Below, in pieces: positions 10,898-19,894 of a DNA stretch of 64,000 nucleotides. The translations under genes and the position numbers were made by a program. The notes beneath the pieces are model-generated. The model searched no databases, was not told where the DNA came from, and worked only from the letters and a program-made list of their open reading frames with translations. The DNA is from Candidatus Marinacidobacterium sp. Lineage in GTDB: Bacteria > Acidobacteriota > Vicinamibacteria > Marinacidobacterales > Marinacidobacteraceae. The stretch's first letter is position 1; each line of letters begins with the position of its first letter. The stretch is from the NCBI GenBank assembly GCA_965250045.1, contig OZ252286.1:2034355-2098354 (forward strand). Reading direction: 5' to 3'.

Positions 10898-13072
10898 ATG
10901 AAGTCACTCACTGGCAAGTTCGCATCCGTCCGCGGATGGGCTCTGTTGCTCGCGCTGCTGCTCGGCGCCGGCATCATGATTTCGGCCTGCGGGGACGAGG
11001 AGGTGCCGACTCCGACCACCCCGGAGCCCCCGACGGTGCCGCCGCCTCCAGCCCCCGAGCCGGACCCGGAGCCCGAGCCGGAGGGCCCCTCGGCGCCTGC
11101 CGTTGTGCAGGTGACAAACCGCGGCGCGGACTTCGTGGAGTGGACCTGGAGCGCGGTTGAGGGCGCGATCGGCTACAACGTTCAGTTCGGTCCGAATCCC
11201 TTCCTCTTTACCGACACGAGTCCACTGCCGCAGAACACGAGCCTCACCTTCTTTCGCGCGTCGAACCTGCAGGCGAACATGACCGTGCACCTGCGGGTTC
11301 GCACCGTTGCGGGCACCCTTCAGGAACAGGAGCTCGGTGAGTGGTCCGCCACGTTCTCGGGCACGACCACCGCTCCGCCACCGGCAGTGCCGCTTTCGGC
11401 TCCCGCCGGCCTCGAGGTCACGGACCGCGAAGAAGACTCGATCACGTTGGCGTGGGACGCGGTGAGCGGCGCCGACCACTACGAGGTGGAGCAGAGTGAA
11501 GACGGCGCCGTATGGGGGGACGCGAGCTGCGGCGGCGACGACAACGAAGTGGACGATGAGGAGTGCGCAGCCACCGGGCTCGCTGGCGGCACCGCCTACG
11601 AGTTCCGGGTCCGGGCCATCCCGGCCAGTGACGACATCTCACGCAGCGAGAGCGATTGGACCGAGACAACCTCGTCCGTTACCACGACCGGCGTTGGTCC
11701 GGTGTCGACCACCCCCGGCGGAACCGGGAGTCTGAACGTCCGCTGGCAGAACGGCGTCAAACTCACTGACAACTCCGACATCGTCTTTATCTGGGATCGG
11801 CAGGGCGATGCGACGTACGAGATTTCCCCTCTGCTTGCTGCAGCCATGACCGAGGACGACCCGTGTAAGGATCTGACGAATACGAACTACACAAATCAGG
11901 GTGCCGCGACATCGCTGAATGTGACGACGGCCGTTCCCGGGAGCGTCCACGGACTCTGTGTCCGGACGACGGGCGGTTCCGAAGTTTCCCTCGCCTGGGG
12001 AATCAATCCCCCGGAGGAGCCCGACGTCGGAACCCCGGAGGATGAGGAGGGTGTGACCAAAGAGCTTAACTGGGACGATGTGAATCTAGTTGGCGGGTTC
12101 GACTACGAGATTCGCCTCGCCGCGGATCCCGAGCGTCCGGCCGGCGACAACAAGATCGGTGACGGCTCTACGGCAATCGCCGAGGCTGTGCAGAAAGCGT
12201 GCGATGCGGGCACGCTTGTTGACGAACTCAACCCTGACATTAGTCTCGGTGACCTCAGCGTTTCCGTGGGCAGTGGATTAAAGCCACACACGGGATATCT
12301 GCTCTGTGTGCGGGCCTCCAACAGCGTCGGGGAATCGGCCTGGGCGGTGCCGGTGGCGACCGATACCGACAGCGTCACCTACGGCACTGGCGATGTCGTC
12401 GAGGTTTTCACGCGACCCGCCGCGCCACCGCGGCCTCAAGTTGTGAGTTCCAGGACGACTCCAGCGGCGAACTTGGCCAACGAGTTGGTGGCGCCCGATT
12501 GGGAAATTGCCACCCGAAGCGCCAACAACGTCCCGCGGACAGCGGCCGCTTTCGAACTGCGAGTTCTCACGTCGAATGCCGCCAGTGCCGCCAACCTCAA
12601 CGTCGCCGCCTGTGGCACGGCGGTGGACGGCTACACCGTAAGCAGCGACTTGGTCGGATCGGCGAAGGACACCCTTTCGGGGTTCGAGCTCCCAGGATCG
12701 CGCGTTCAACGCCTGGCGTTCACCATCAAGGTGTATCTGTGCGTCCAAGCCAACTCGGGGACGGACATTGGCCAGGGGGTAGGACCGTGGAGCATCAGTT
12801 CGGTGTTCAATGTGTCCAAGCCGAGTACTTCCCTAGCGGCTTCCGCCGTAACACATGCTGCAGCCACGCTCACCATCACGGGTTGGAACAAGGCTTGGTG
12901 GCACCAGACGGATGCGGCGGGCTGTACATCGGTTGCTGCCGGAACGGCGACAGACAGTCTCGGAAGCCTGACTCCCAGTACGCTCTACCGAGTGAGAGCG
13001 TGGGATGACGCCACCTGCGCAGCAAACCAGCTCGGTGGTTCGATCTCCTTCCGGACGGCAGCAGCTCCGTGA
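10898..13072 (+). CDS. Secreted lipoprotein with Pro-rich linker and fibronectin-III-like repeats (DFVEWTW family)
   Basis: Signal peptide with lipobox ISAC, PEPDPEPEPE linker, Fn3-like signatures (DFVEWTWSAVEGAIGYNVQ; ITLAWDAVSGADHYEVEQS..YEFRVRA); RBS GGGAGGTAGG. Confidence 0.8.
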   Translation: MKSLTGKFASVRGWALLLALLLGAGIMISACGDEEVPTPTTPEPPTVPPPPAPEPDPEPEPEGPSAPAVVQVTNRGADFVEWTWSAVEGAIGYNVQFGPNPFLFTDTSPLPQNTSLTFFRASNLQANMTVHLRVRTVAGTLQEQELGEWSATFSGTTTAPPPAVPLSAPAGLEVTDREEDSITLAWDAVSGADHYEVEQSEDGAVWGDASCGGDDNEVDDEECAATGLAGGTAYEFRVRAIPASDDISRSESDWTETTSSVTTTGVGPVSTTPGGTGSLNVRWQNGVKLTDNSDIVFIWDRQGDATYEISPLLAAAMTEDDPCKDLTNTNYTNQGAATSLNVTTAVPGSVHGLCVRTTGGSEVSLAWGINPPEEPDVGTPEDEEGVTKELNWDDVNLVGGFDYEIRLAADPERPAGDNKIGDGSTAIAEAVQKACDAGTLVDELNPDISLGDLSVSVGSGLKPHTGYLLCVRASNSVGESAWAVPVATDTDSVTYGTGDVVEVFTRPAAPPRPQVVSSRTTPAANLANELVAPDWEIATRSANNVPRTAAAFELRVLTSNAASAANLNVAACGTAVDGYTVSSDLVGSAKDTLSGFELPGSRVQRLAFTIKVYLCVQANSGTDIGQGVGPWSISSVFNVSKPSTSLAASAVTHAAATLTITGWNKAWWHQTDAAGCTSVAAGTATDSLGSLTPSTLYRVRAWDDATCAANQLGGSISFRTAAAP

Positions 13073-13078
13073 CCTGAG

Positions 13079-13110
13079 GCGGGGGCGGCTTCGGCCGCCC
13101 CCGTTTTTCA
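13079..13110 (+). terminator. Rho-independent terminator
   Basis: GGGGGCGGCttcgGCCGCCCCC hairpin then GTTTTT. Confidence 0.7.
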
Positions 13111-13228
13111 GTACCTGGACACCCCCCGGCATTCGCGTGTTGCTGACGTTCGGTCCCGATACAATACGGCCTCGTCTTTTCTTCCGGGCACCCCAGTTGC
13201 GGCGCCCAAGCACCCAAGGAGAACCCCG

Positions 13229-13564
13229 ATGAAGAAACTCCTCATCCTCGCCCTAGCGCTCCTCGCCTCCTGCGCGTTGGTGGCTTTTGCCGCCGCCGAG
13301 GACATGACCTATACCGGCTGGGTCGCTGACGAGGCCTGTGCGAAGGACTTCGCGAAGGCCGGCAACGAGGCCCACAAGGGCTGCGCGACCGGCTGCCTGA
13401 GCGGGGGCGGCGGCGTCGCCCTCGCGAGCCCGGACGGCTTCCACCTCCTCGACATCACGAACGAGGCGGCCCTGGAGCACCTCGGCATGGAGGTCATGGT
13501 GATGGGCACCCTCGACGAGGCGACCAACACCATCAAGGTGACCTCGATCAAGGCGTCGAGCTGA
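13229..13564 (+). CDS. Small secreted Cys-containing protein, unknown function (111 aa)
   Basis: RBS AAGGAGAA; N-terminal signal peptide MKKLLILALALLASCALVAFAAA; four Cys; hairpin 13577..13596 downstream. Confidence 0.65.
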   Translation: MKKLLILALALLASCALVAFAAAEDMTYTGWVADEACAKDFAKAGNEAHKGCATGCLSGGGGVALASPDGFHLLDITNEAALEHLGMEVMVMGTLDEATNTIKVTSIKASS

Positions 13565-13703
13565 CGAACGCCTGACCCCGGTCGTTCACGACCGGGCCTC
13601 CCGGGGAGCGCCAATCCCGGTGCTCCCCGCGACACCCGCCGTCGGGCGGGCTTTGTGTGTGTACGGGGGCGGGTGGCGGTCCTGACTCCGGGAGCGCGGA
13701 GTT

Positions 13704-13730
13704 TCCGTACGTTACGGGGGTTTACGTACG
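13704..13730. promoter_or_regulatory. Inverted repeat CCGTACGT-n11-ACGTACGG upstream of the S8 protease gene
   Basis: Perfect 8-bp arms read directly; candidate operator. Confidence 0.3.
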
Positions 13731-13893
13731 GCATTTCGCCCTCCTGCGGCGGACGATTGCCGGCCGGAGGCGGGCGGTTCCTCGCCGTCTGTGCCACGCC
13801 GCGGAGCGGCGGTACGTCCTCCCGCTGTCACGGGCATCCGCGTGGGGAGCCGGCGTTCCCGCGACGGGGCGGCATGCGTTAACGTGCGGTTCG

Positions 13894-16281
13894 ATGATCC
13901 GCTTCGCCTGTTCCTGCCTCATCGTCCTGTTCGCGCTTGGCGGGTGCTCCGCCAGATCGGGGTCGAACCCGGCTCCGCGAACGGCCACGCCGCCGCCGCC
14001 GGCTCCCCCGCCGGCGCCGGAGCCGCCGCCCCCGGTGAACGCACCCAACCCGCCACCCCGGCCGCCGGAGCCTCTGCCGGACGGCATCTGTATCCCCACC
14101 CATACCGGAGAGTGCATTCCGGCGCGGGAGTTTTTTTCCGCCGTTTGGGAACTTGCCAAGGAATACCGCCAGGACCGCAACTTCAAGGCGCAGTGGGGTC
14201 TTTTCGTGATCAACGCCCATCGGGCCTACGGGCACGTGAACCTGCTGGAGGGGCCGGACGTCGCGCCGGGAACCGGGGTGACCATCGGGGTGATCGACTC
14301 CGGCATCGACGTGGACCACCCGAGCTTCGAGGGCAAGACGATTCACCAGGAGTTCCTCTTCGGCGTCGAACAGGAGACCGGCGAGGACTTTTCCCACGGG
14401 ACCGCGGTGGCAAGCATCGCGGCGGGCGCGCAGATCGCCAACCCGAACGCCCCCCACGGGGTCGCTTGGGGCGCGGACCTCGCCGTGTGGGCGATCCCGC
14501 TGGGCGATCCCGACAACATCTACGATCCGATCACTCTCGAAGAGCTCGGCCAAGCGGACGCCGGGTTCGCCGAGATCTTCAAGCCGGTGTTCGCCTGGCG
14601 CGACGCGGGACGAGACCTCGACATCCTGAACCTGAGCTTCGGCTACGAGGGCATCATCAACGAATACAGCGAAGCGGGCCTCCGCGCGAACTTCGCGGAG
14701 ACGATCGCGACCCTGGCCCAGGCGGATGCCGATGAAAAGACGATCCTGGTCTGGGCGGCGGGAAACATGAATAACGACCGCTGCGCGGAAGGCATCTCGA
14801 ACTGCGAGAACGGCCGGATCAACGCCGTCTCCGTCGGCATCCTGCCGGGGCTCCTCGCCTACCTGGAGGAACTCCAGGGGCATTCCATCGCGGTGGTGGC
14901 GCTCAGCCCGGACGGCGGGAAGATCGCGGACTTCTCGAACCGCTGCGGCATCGCCTCCGAGTTCTGCATCGCGGCGCCGGGAGAAGAGGTCACGGTCGCC
15001 TACTTCGGGCCCGACGGCGAAGAGGACGGGGTGCGGGGTTACGCCGATGGCGGCGGGACCTCGTTCGCCGCCCCCATGGTCTCCGGCGGGCTCGCGGTGA
15101 TGAAGCACCTCTTCCGCGACCAGCTCTCGAACGAAGAGCTCGTGAGCCGGCTCCTGGTGACCGCCGATAACACCGGCATCTACGCCGACCGCGACGTCTA
15201 CGGCAACGGGCGGATGGACCTCGGCGCCGCCACCTCGCCGGTCGGGGTGCTGGACGTGCCCATCGACACCGGGATGGCGGCCATGGCGCACGCTTCGCTG
15301 AACTCCACCGGGCTCCGCCTCGGGGCGGCGTTCGGGGATGGGTTCGGGGAGGTTCTCGCGGACAGCGAGATCATGGCCCTCGACGACTTCGGGGCGCCGT
15401 TCTGGTACAGCCTGGGGAACTTCGCGGCCACCAGCGACGGCCCCTCGATGGGCGCGCGGCTCCGGACCTTTCTCGGGCCCGCGTCCGCATCGGGATCGGC
15501 GGTGGCCGGGACGGGAGGAGGCGGAGCGGGCTCGGGCCCCGCGGCTCTCGGGCTGAGCGCCTCGGTCCTGAGGATGCCGACCGCGACCGGGGGCGGGCAC
15601 CTCGCGCTCGCGGAGGGCGCGGTGATGGTGAGCGCCTTCGAGGAGGGAGGTCTTTCCGCGACCGCCTTCACCACCGCGACGATTCGGCCAAACCTGCCGG
15701 CGACCGGTGCGGTGCTGAGCTGGCGGCCGGGCGGGCTGCCGGTGGGCTTCCGGGTCGGCTGGGTCGAGGAGCCGGAGACCATGCTCGGGAGCATGGGGCA
15801 GGGGGCCTTCGGCAGCCTCTCGGCCGGGACCGCCTTCGTCGGCTTCGACGGCAACCTGAGCCTGGGGAGCTGGCGGTTCGGCGCGAGCGGGGAGTTCGGC
15901 GTCGTGAACCCCGAGACCCAGGGCGGGATCATCGGCGAAATCTCCCCGCTTTCGACCAGCACCTTTGCGCTCCACGCGACGACCGGATTCGCGGATTCGA
16001 GTTCCCTCAGCCTTTCGCTGTCCCAGCCGCTCCGGGTGGAAAACGGCTGGGCGTCGCTCACCGTGCCGTCGGCCCGGACGAAGCGGGGCGAGGTGCTGAA
16101 CCGATCGCTGCGGGCCGATCTGGCGCCCGGCGAGCGCCAGCTCGACGCTGCGGCGCAGTGGAACCGGCCCCTTCCGCTCGGCGAGTTCCGCCTGGGAGCG
16201 GTCTGGAGCCACTGGCCCGGCCACCGGGACGTCCTGGGGCCGCAGTTCGCGCTGCTCTCCGGCTGGCGCTGGACCTTCTGA
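13894..16281 (+). CDS. Subtilisin-like serine protease (S8) lipoprotein with probable C-terminal autotransporter beta-domain (SphB1-like)
   Basis: Lipobox LGGC and Pro-rich linker; catalytic motifs VIDSGID, HGTAVASI, GGTSFAAPMVSG; ~300-aa C-terminal region of alternating hydrophobics ending ...SGWRWTF (aromatic C-terminus typical of OM beta-barrels). Confidence 0.85.
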   Translation: MIRFACSCLIVLFALGGCSARSGSNPAPRTATPPPPAPPPAPEPPPPVNAPNPPPRPPEPLPDGICIPTHTGECIPAREFFSAVWELAKEYRQDRNFKAQWGLFVINAHRAYGHVNLLEGPDVAPGTGVTIGVIDSGIDVDHPSFEGKTIHQEFLFGVEQETGEDFSHGTAVASIAAGAQIANPNAPHGVAWGADLAVWAIPLGDPDNIYDPITLEELGQADAGFAEIFKPVFAWRDAGRDLDILNLSFGYEGIINEYSEAGLRANFAETIATLAQADADEKTILVWAAGNMNNDRCAEGISNCENGRINAVSVGILPGLLAYLEELQGHSIAVVALSPDGGKIADFSNRCGIASEFCIAAPGEEVTVAYFGPDGEEDGVRGYADGGGTSFAAPMVSGGLAVMKHLFRDQLSNEELVSRLLVTADNTGIYADRDVYGNGRMDLGAATSPVGVLDVPIDTGMAAMAHASLNSTGLRLGAAFGDGFGEVLADSEIMALDDFGAPFWYSLGNFAATSDGPSMGARLRTFLGPASASGSAVAGTGGGGAGSGPAALGLSASVLRMPTATGGGHLALAEGAVMVSAFEEGGLSATAFTTATIRPNLPATGAVLSWRPGGLPVGFRVGWVEEPETMLGSMGQGAFGSLSAGTAFVGFDGNLSLGSWRFGASGEFGVVNPETQGGIIGEISPLSTSTFALHATTGFADSSSLSLSLSQPLRVENGWASLTVPSARTKRGEVLNRSLRADLAPGERQLDAAAQWNRPLPLGEFRLGAVWSHWPGHRDVLGPQFALLSGWRWTF

Positions 16282-16351
16282 GCGATCCCGGGAACCGCCG
16301 ACGCCATCCGGCGCCACGGGGCCGGGATCCCGTGCGAGACTCCCGGCGCCC

Positions 16352-17608
16352 GTGATCCCTTCCACCGCCTTCCCGGTCGTCCGCTGGATCCTGCTTGCCG
16401 GGTCGTTCGTCGCCGCTGCGGCAGCGCCGGCCGCGACCGACGACCCGGCGGACGAACTCGCCGCCGCCGAGGCGGTGGGGTCGCAACTGCTCTTCGACTA
16501 CGACTTCGACCGCGCCCTCGACCACTACGCGCGGGTCAGCGAACGGTTTCCGGAACATCCCACCGGCCCCTACAACCTCGCCACCACGATATGGACCCGG
16601 CTCGCTCAGCGGAGCAACGGAATGCGCGGCTCGAGCCTCCGGAACGACCGCTTCTTCTCCCAGCAGGGCCGGCCGGAGACCACTCCGGAAGAGGAGACAG
16701 CCTTCCGGGAGCACCTCGAGGACGCCTACCGCCGCGCCGACCGGATGCTGGAGCGGAACCCGGACGACGTGGAGGGGCTCTACTACCGCGGCGCCACCGA
16801 GGGGCTCGAATCCGGTTGGGCGGTGATCGTGGACCGCGCCTGGTTCCGCGCCGCCCGCACAATCCGCCGCGGGGTGAGCCGCCACCGGCGGGTCCAGGAA
16901 CTCGATCCGGACTTCCGGGACGCTTACGCCGTTCCGGGGGCTTACGACTACGGGATCGCCACCCTGCCGCGGCCGCTCCGGATGCTCGCCTTCCTGGTCG
17001 GGGTGCGCGGCGACCGGCAGGGTGGCCTTCGCGGGGTGCAGATCACGGCGAACGAGGGCCGGCGGGCGCGCTGGGGAGGCCTTTGGACCTACGCGCTCCT
17101 GTTGCAGCGCGAGGAGCGGGAGGACGAAGCGCTCGACGCCGTCCGCCGACTGCGGCGGCAGTTTCCCAAGAATCCGGACTTCGCACTCGACGAAGTCAGC
17201 ATCCTGATTGCGCGGGGCGAGTTCGGGAAGGCGCGCGCGCTCGCCGAAGCCGTCCTGGAGCGCCGCGAGGCCGGTTACGGGAACTACCGCCTCGCGCTGC
17301 CCGGCCTCGCGGAAGCGCGGCTCGGGGAGGCGCTCCTGTTCGAGGAGCGCTGGGAGGAAGCGGAAACCATCCTGACCACCGGCCTGGAGGCCGGGCCGAA
17401 CGACGAGGTTCGGGCGGTCCTGCACTTCCGGCGCGGAAGCGCCCGGGACGGAGCGGGGAAGCGGCCGGAAGCGCTCTTCGACTACGGCCAGGTGATCCGG
17501 ACCGACGCGGACGACGTGCTGAGCGACTGGGCGAAGGAGTTGCGGCGGGCGCCGTGGCCGGAGGCCGTGCCGGACGGATCGCACCCCGGGAGGCCCGCGG
17601 AGCCGTAG
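16352..17608 (+). CDS. Secreted TPR-like repeat protein, unknown function
   Basis: N-terminal signal-like segment, helical repeat-rich composition; start codon uncertain. Confidence 0.55.
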   Translation: MIPSTAFPVVRWILLAGSFVAAAAAPAATDDPADELAAAEAVGSQLLFDYDFDRALDHYARVSERFPEHPTGPYNLATTIWTRLAQRSNGMRGSSLRNDRFFSQQGRPETTPEEETAFREHLEDAYRRADRMLERNPDDVEGLYYRGATEGLESGWAVIVDRAWFRAARTIRRGVSRHRRVQELDPDFRDAYAVPGAYDYGIATLPRPLRMLAFLVGVRGDRQGGLRGVQITANEGRRARWGGLWTYALLLQREEREDEALDAVRRLRRQFPKNPDFALDEVSILIARGEFGKARALAEAVLERREAGYGNYRLALPGLAEARLGEALLFEERWEEAETILTTGLEAGPNDEVRAVLHFRRGSARDGAGKRPEALFDYGQVIRTDADDVLSDWAKELRRAPWPEAVPDGSHPGRPAEP

Positions 17609-17659
17609 GGCGCGTTTTCGTGCCGCCCGGCGCGGGCGTTCGTTTCTATAATCGGCCGG

Positions 17660-18793
17660 ATGTCGCTCCGCCGCACCCCGCTCCACGGTCTCCACCAAGA
17701 ACTCGGCGGCCGGCTCGTTCCGTTCGCCGGTTGGGAGATGCCGGTGCAGTTTGCGGGAGTCGTCGCCGAGCACTTCGCGGTGCGGCAGGCGGCCGGGCTC
17801 TTCGACGTGAGCCACATGGGTGAGTTGCGGGTCACCGGACCGGGGGCGCTGCCGCTGCTCCAGTCGCTGACCCCGAACGACGTCTCCCGGCTGACGCCGG
17901 GACGGGCGCAATACTCGGCGCTCACCACCGACTCCGGCGGCTTCGTGGACGACATCATCGTGTACCGGCGCGGGGAGGAGTCCTTCCTCGTGGTCACGAA
18001 CGCGGCGAACACCGCGAGGGATCTCGCCTGGATCCGGGAACGGGGCGGCGGCGCCGCGGAAACGGTCGAGGACCTGAGCGACGAGACCGCGCTGCTCGCG
18101 CTCCAGGGGCCGCGCGCCCCGGCGATTCTCGAGCCGCTCACCGACCTCGACCTTGCGAAGATCCGCTACTACCGGTTCGCCGAGGGGCGGATCGCCGGCG
18201 TTCCCGGGACCGTCGCGCGGATGGGGTACACCGGGGAGGACGGCTTCGAGATCATGGTGCCGGCCGGCGAGGCGGAACGGGTCGCCCGGCGCCTCCTCGA
18301 AGTGGGCGCGTCCGAGGGGCTCATCCCCACCGGGCTCGGGGCGCGGGACACTCTGCGACTCGAGGCCAAGATGGCGCTCCACGGCCAGGACATCGACGCG
18401 GACCACTCCGTCGAAGAGGCGGATCTCGGCTGGATCGTGAAACCCGACAAGGGGGATTTCATCGGCCGCGCCGCGCTCGTGGCTCAGCGGGAGGGAGGCG
18501 TCTCCCGGAAGTTGGTCGGATTCGAGTTACGGGACCGTGGGGTGCCGCGGCACGGCTATCCCATCCGGGTGAACGGCGAGCCGTTCGGCGAGGTGACGAG
18601 CGGCGGCCACGCCCCCTTCCTGAAGAAGAGCATCGGCCTCGCGTATCTTCCCGCGGACGCCTGCGAACCCGGCCAGACGTTCGAGGTCGAGATCCGGGGC
18701 CGGGCGGTTCCCGCCGAAGTGGTGCCGACGCCGTTTTACGTGCGGCCGGGAAAGAAAAAGAAGAAGAAACCCGCAGCCGTGGCTGCCTCCTGA
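17660..18793 (+). CDS. gcvT: Glycine cleavage system T protein (aminomethyltransferase)
   Basis: N-terminus RTPLHGLHQELGGRLVPFAGWEMPVQF and overall GcvT architecture; unusual C-terminal KKKKKK tail. Confidence 0.9.
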   Translation: MSLRRTPLHGLHQELGGRLVPFAGWEMPVQFAGVVAEHFAVRQAAGLFDVSHMGELRVTGPGALPLLQSLTPNDVSRLTPGRAQYSALTTDSGGFVDDIIVYRRGEESFLVVTNAANTARDLAWIRERGGGAAETVEDLSDETALLALQGPRAPAILEPLTDLDLAKIRYYRFAEGRIAGVPGTVARMGYTGEDGFEIMVPAGEAERVARRLLEVGASEGLIPTGLGARDTLRLEAKMALHGQDIDADHSVEEADLGWIVKPDKGDFIGRAALVAQREGGVSRKLVGFELRDRGVPRHGYPIRVNGEPFGEVTSGGHAPFLKKSIGLAYLPADACEPGQTFEVEIRGRAVPAEVVPTPFYVRPGKKKKKKPAAVAAS

Positions 18794-18799
18794 TCGAAA

Positions 18800-19037
18800 A
18801 CAGCCTGTGGACAAAGCCACGAGGCCCAGTTCTCCCGGTGGGGGCTCGACTGGCGATGCATCCCGGCTGAACCGCGCCTCTGCGCGGCGCTCATCGTTGC
18901 GCTTCGGTCGAAATACACTCGGGTCAGTTCTCCCGGTGGGGGCTCCTCCCTTGCGCGCCTTGTCAGCCGGACCCCCACCGGGAGAACTGGGCCTCACCAG
19001 CCTCGACGCTCACGCCACTTTGTCCACCGGCTGTTAC
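18800..19037. mobile_element. Family-B MITE-like element (copy B1) with terminal inverted repeats CAGCCTGTGGACAAAG / CTTTGTCCACCGGCTG
   Basis: TIRs read directly; related copies at 34550..34732, 45775..46440 (array) and 52184..52372. Confidence 0.6.
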
Positions 19038-19051
19038 GCTCCGGAGACGCG

Positions 19052-19444
19052 ATGATTCCTGACGATCTTTACTACAGCAAAGAGCACGAATGGCTGCGCC
19101 TCGAAGGGGACGGCACCGCGACCATCGGAATCACCGACCACGCCCAGCAGGAACTCGGCGACATCGTCTACGTGGAGCTTCCCGACCCGGAAAGTGCTCT
19201 GGAGGCCGACGAGGTGATGGGCAGCGTGGAATCGGTGAAGGCCGTCTCCGAGATCTTCTGCCCGGTCGGCGGCGCCGTGGTCGAGATCAACGAGGCCCTC
19301 GAAGACGCCCCCGAGCAGGTCAACTCCGGCCCCTACGGAGACGGCTGGCTCATCCGGCTGCGCCTGGACGATGCCGGATCCCCTGCCGCGACCATGCTCT
19401 CCCCCGCACAGTACGAGCAGCACGTCGCCAGCGAGGCGGACTGA
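19052..19444 (+). CDS. gcvH: Glycine cleavage system H protein
   Basis: YSKEHEWLRLEGD...SVESVKAVSEIFCPV (lipoyl-lysine motif SVKA). Confidence 0.9.
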   Translation: MIPDDLYYSKEHEWLRLEGDGTATIGITDHAQQELGDIVYVELPDPESALEADEVMGSVESVKAVSEIFCPVGGAVVEINEALEDAPEQVNSGPYGDGWLIRLRLDDAGSPAATMLSPAQYEQHVASEAD

Positions 19445-19446
19445 TA

Positions 19447-19740
19447 GGGAGCTCGGAGCCGCTGATCTGAGAACGCCGGTGTTCACACCGGCACCGCTGC
19501 GCGAAGCGCAGCGAGTTCGCGCAATGCTGCTTTCTTTCACGGGACGCAGCCCAGGGAACGCCGCTCTTCTGGTCGGCACACCCGCGCGGAGCGGGGCGCA
19601 CTGCGTACGGCTGTTTTCTCTGGTGGCGTTCCCGTGCCTGCGTCCCATGAAAGCGGTCAGCGATGAACCGTTCGCGACCCTGCGGGCCGCGGTGCCGGTC
19701 TGAAGGCCCCCACCGGGAGGAACTGGCCGGCGTTCCCAGC
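19447..19740. repeat. Family-A repeat cluster (several units) between gcvH and gcvP
   Basis: GAGAACGCCGGTGttcaCACCGGCACCGCTGCGCGAAGCGCAGCG... plus inverted partner units. Confidence 0.55.
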
Positions 19741-19894
19741 CGTCCCGGCGCTTCTTCTCCGTCGGCCGTGTGCCGTTTCGCGCCCCCGCCGCTCCTTCGC
19801 CAACCACACTCCCCGGGCGCCTTCCCGACCCCTCCCCCCTCCCCCCGCCCTGATAAAATCCCGGGTCCCACTGGGTGGGAGACGGACGGGACGA

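Noticed and set aside
17609-17659. Glycine riboswitch upstream of gcvT
   Set aside because: The spacer is only ~50 bp and lacks the GGAGAG...ACCGAAGGGGCAA-type conserved cores. None was seen upstream of gcvP either, but a covariance-model search would be needed to be definitive.
13879-18406. Minus-strand ORFs 13879..16365 (828 aa) and 16058..18406 (782 aa)
   Set aside because: Antisense to the S8 protease, TPR protein and gcvT; no motifs; GC-driven open frames.
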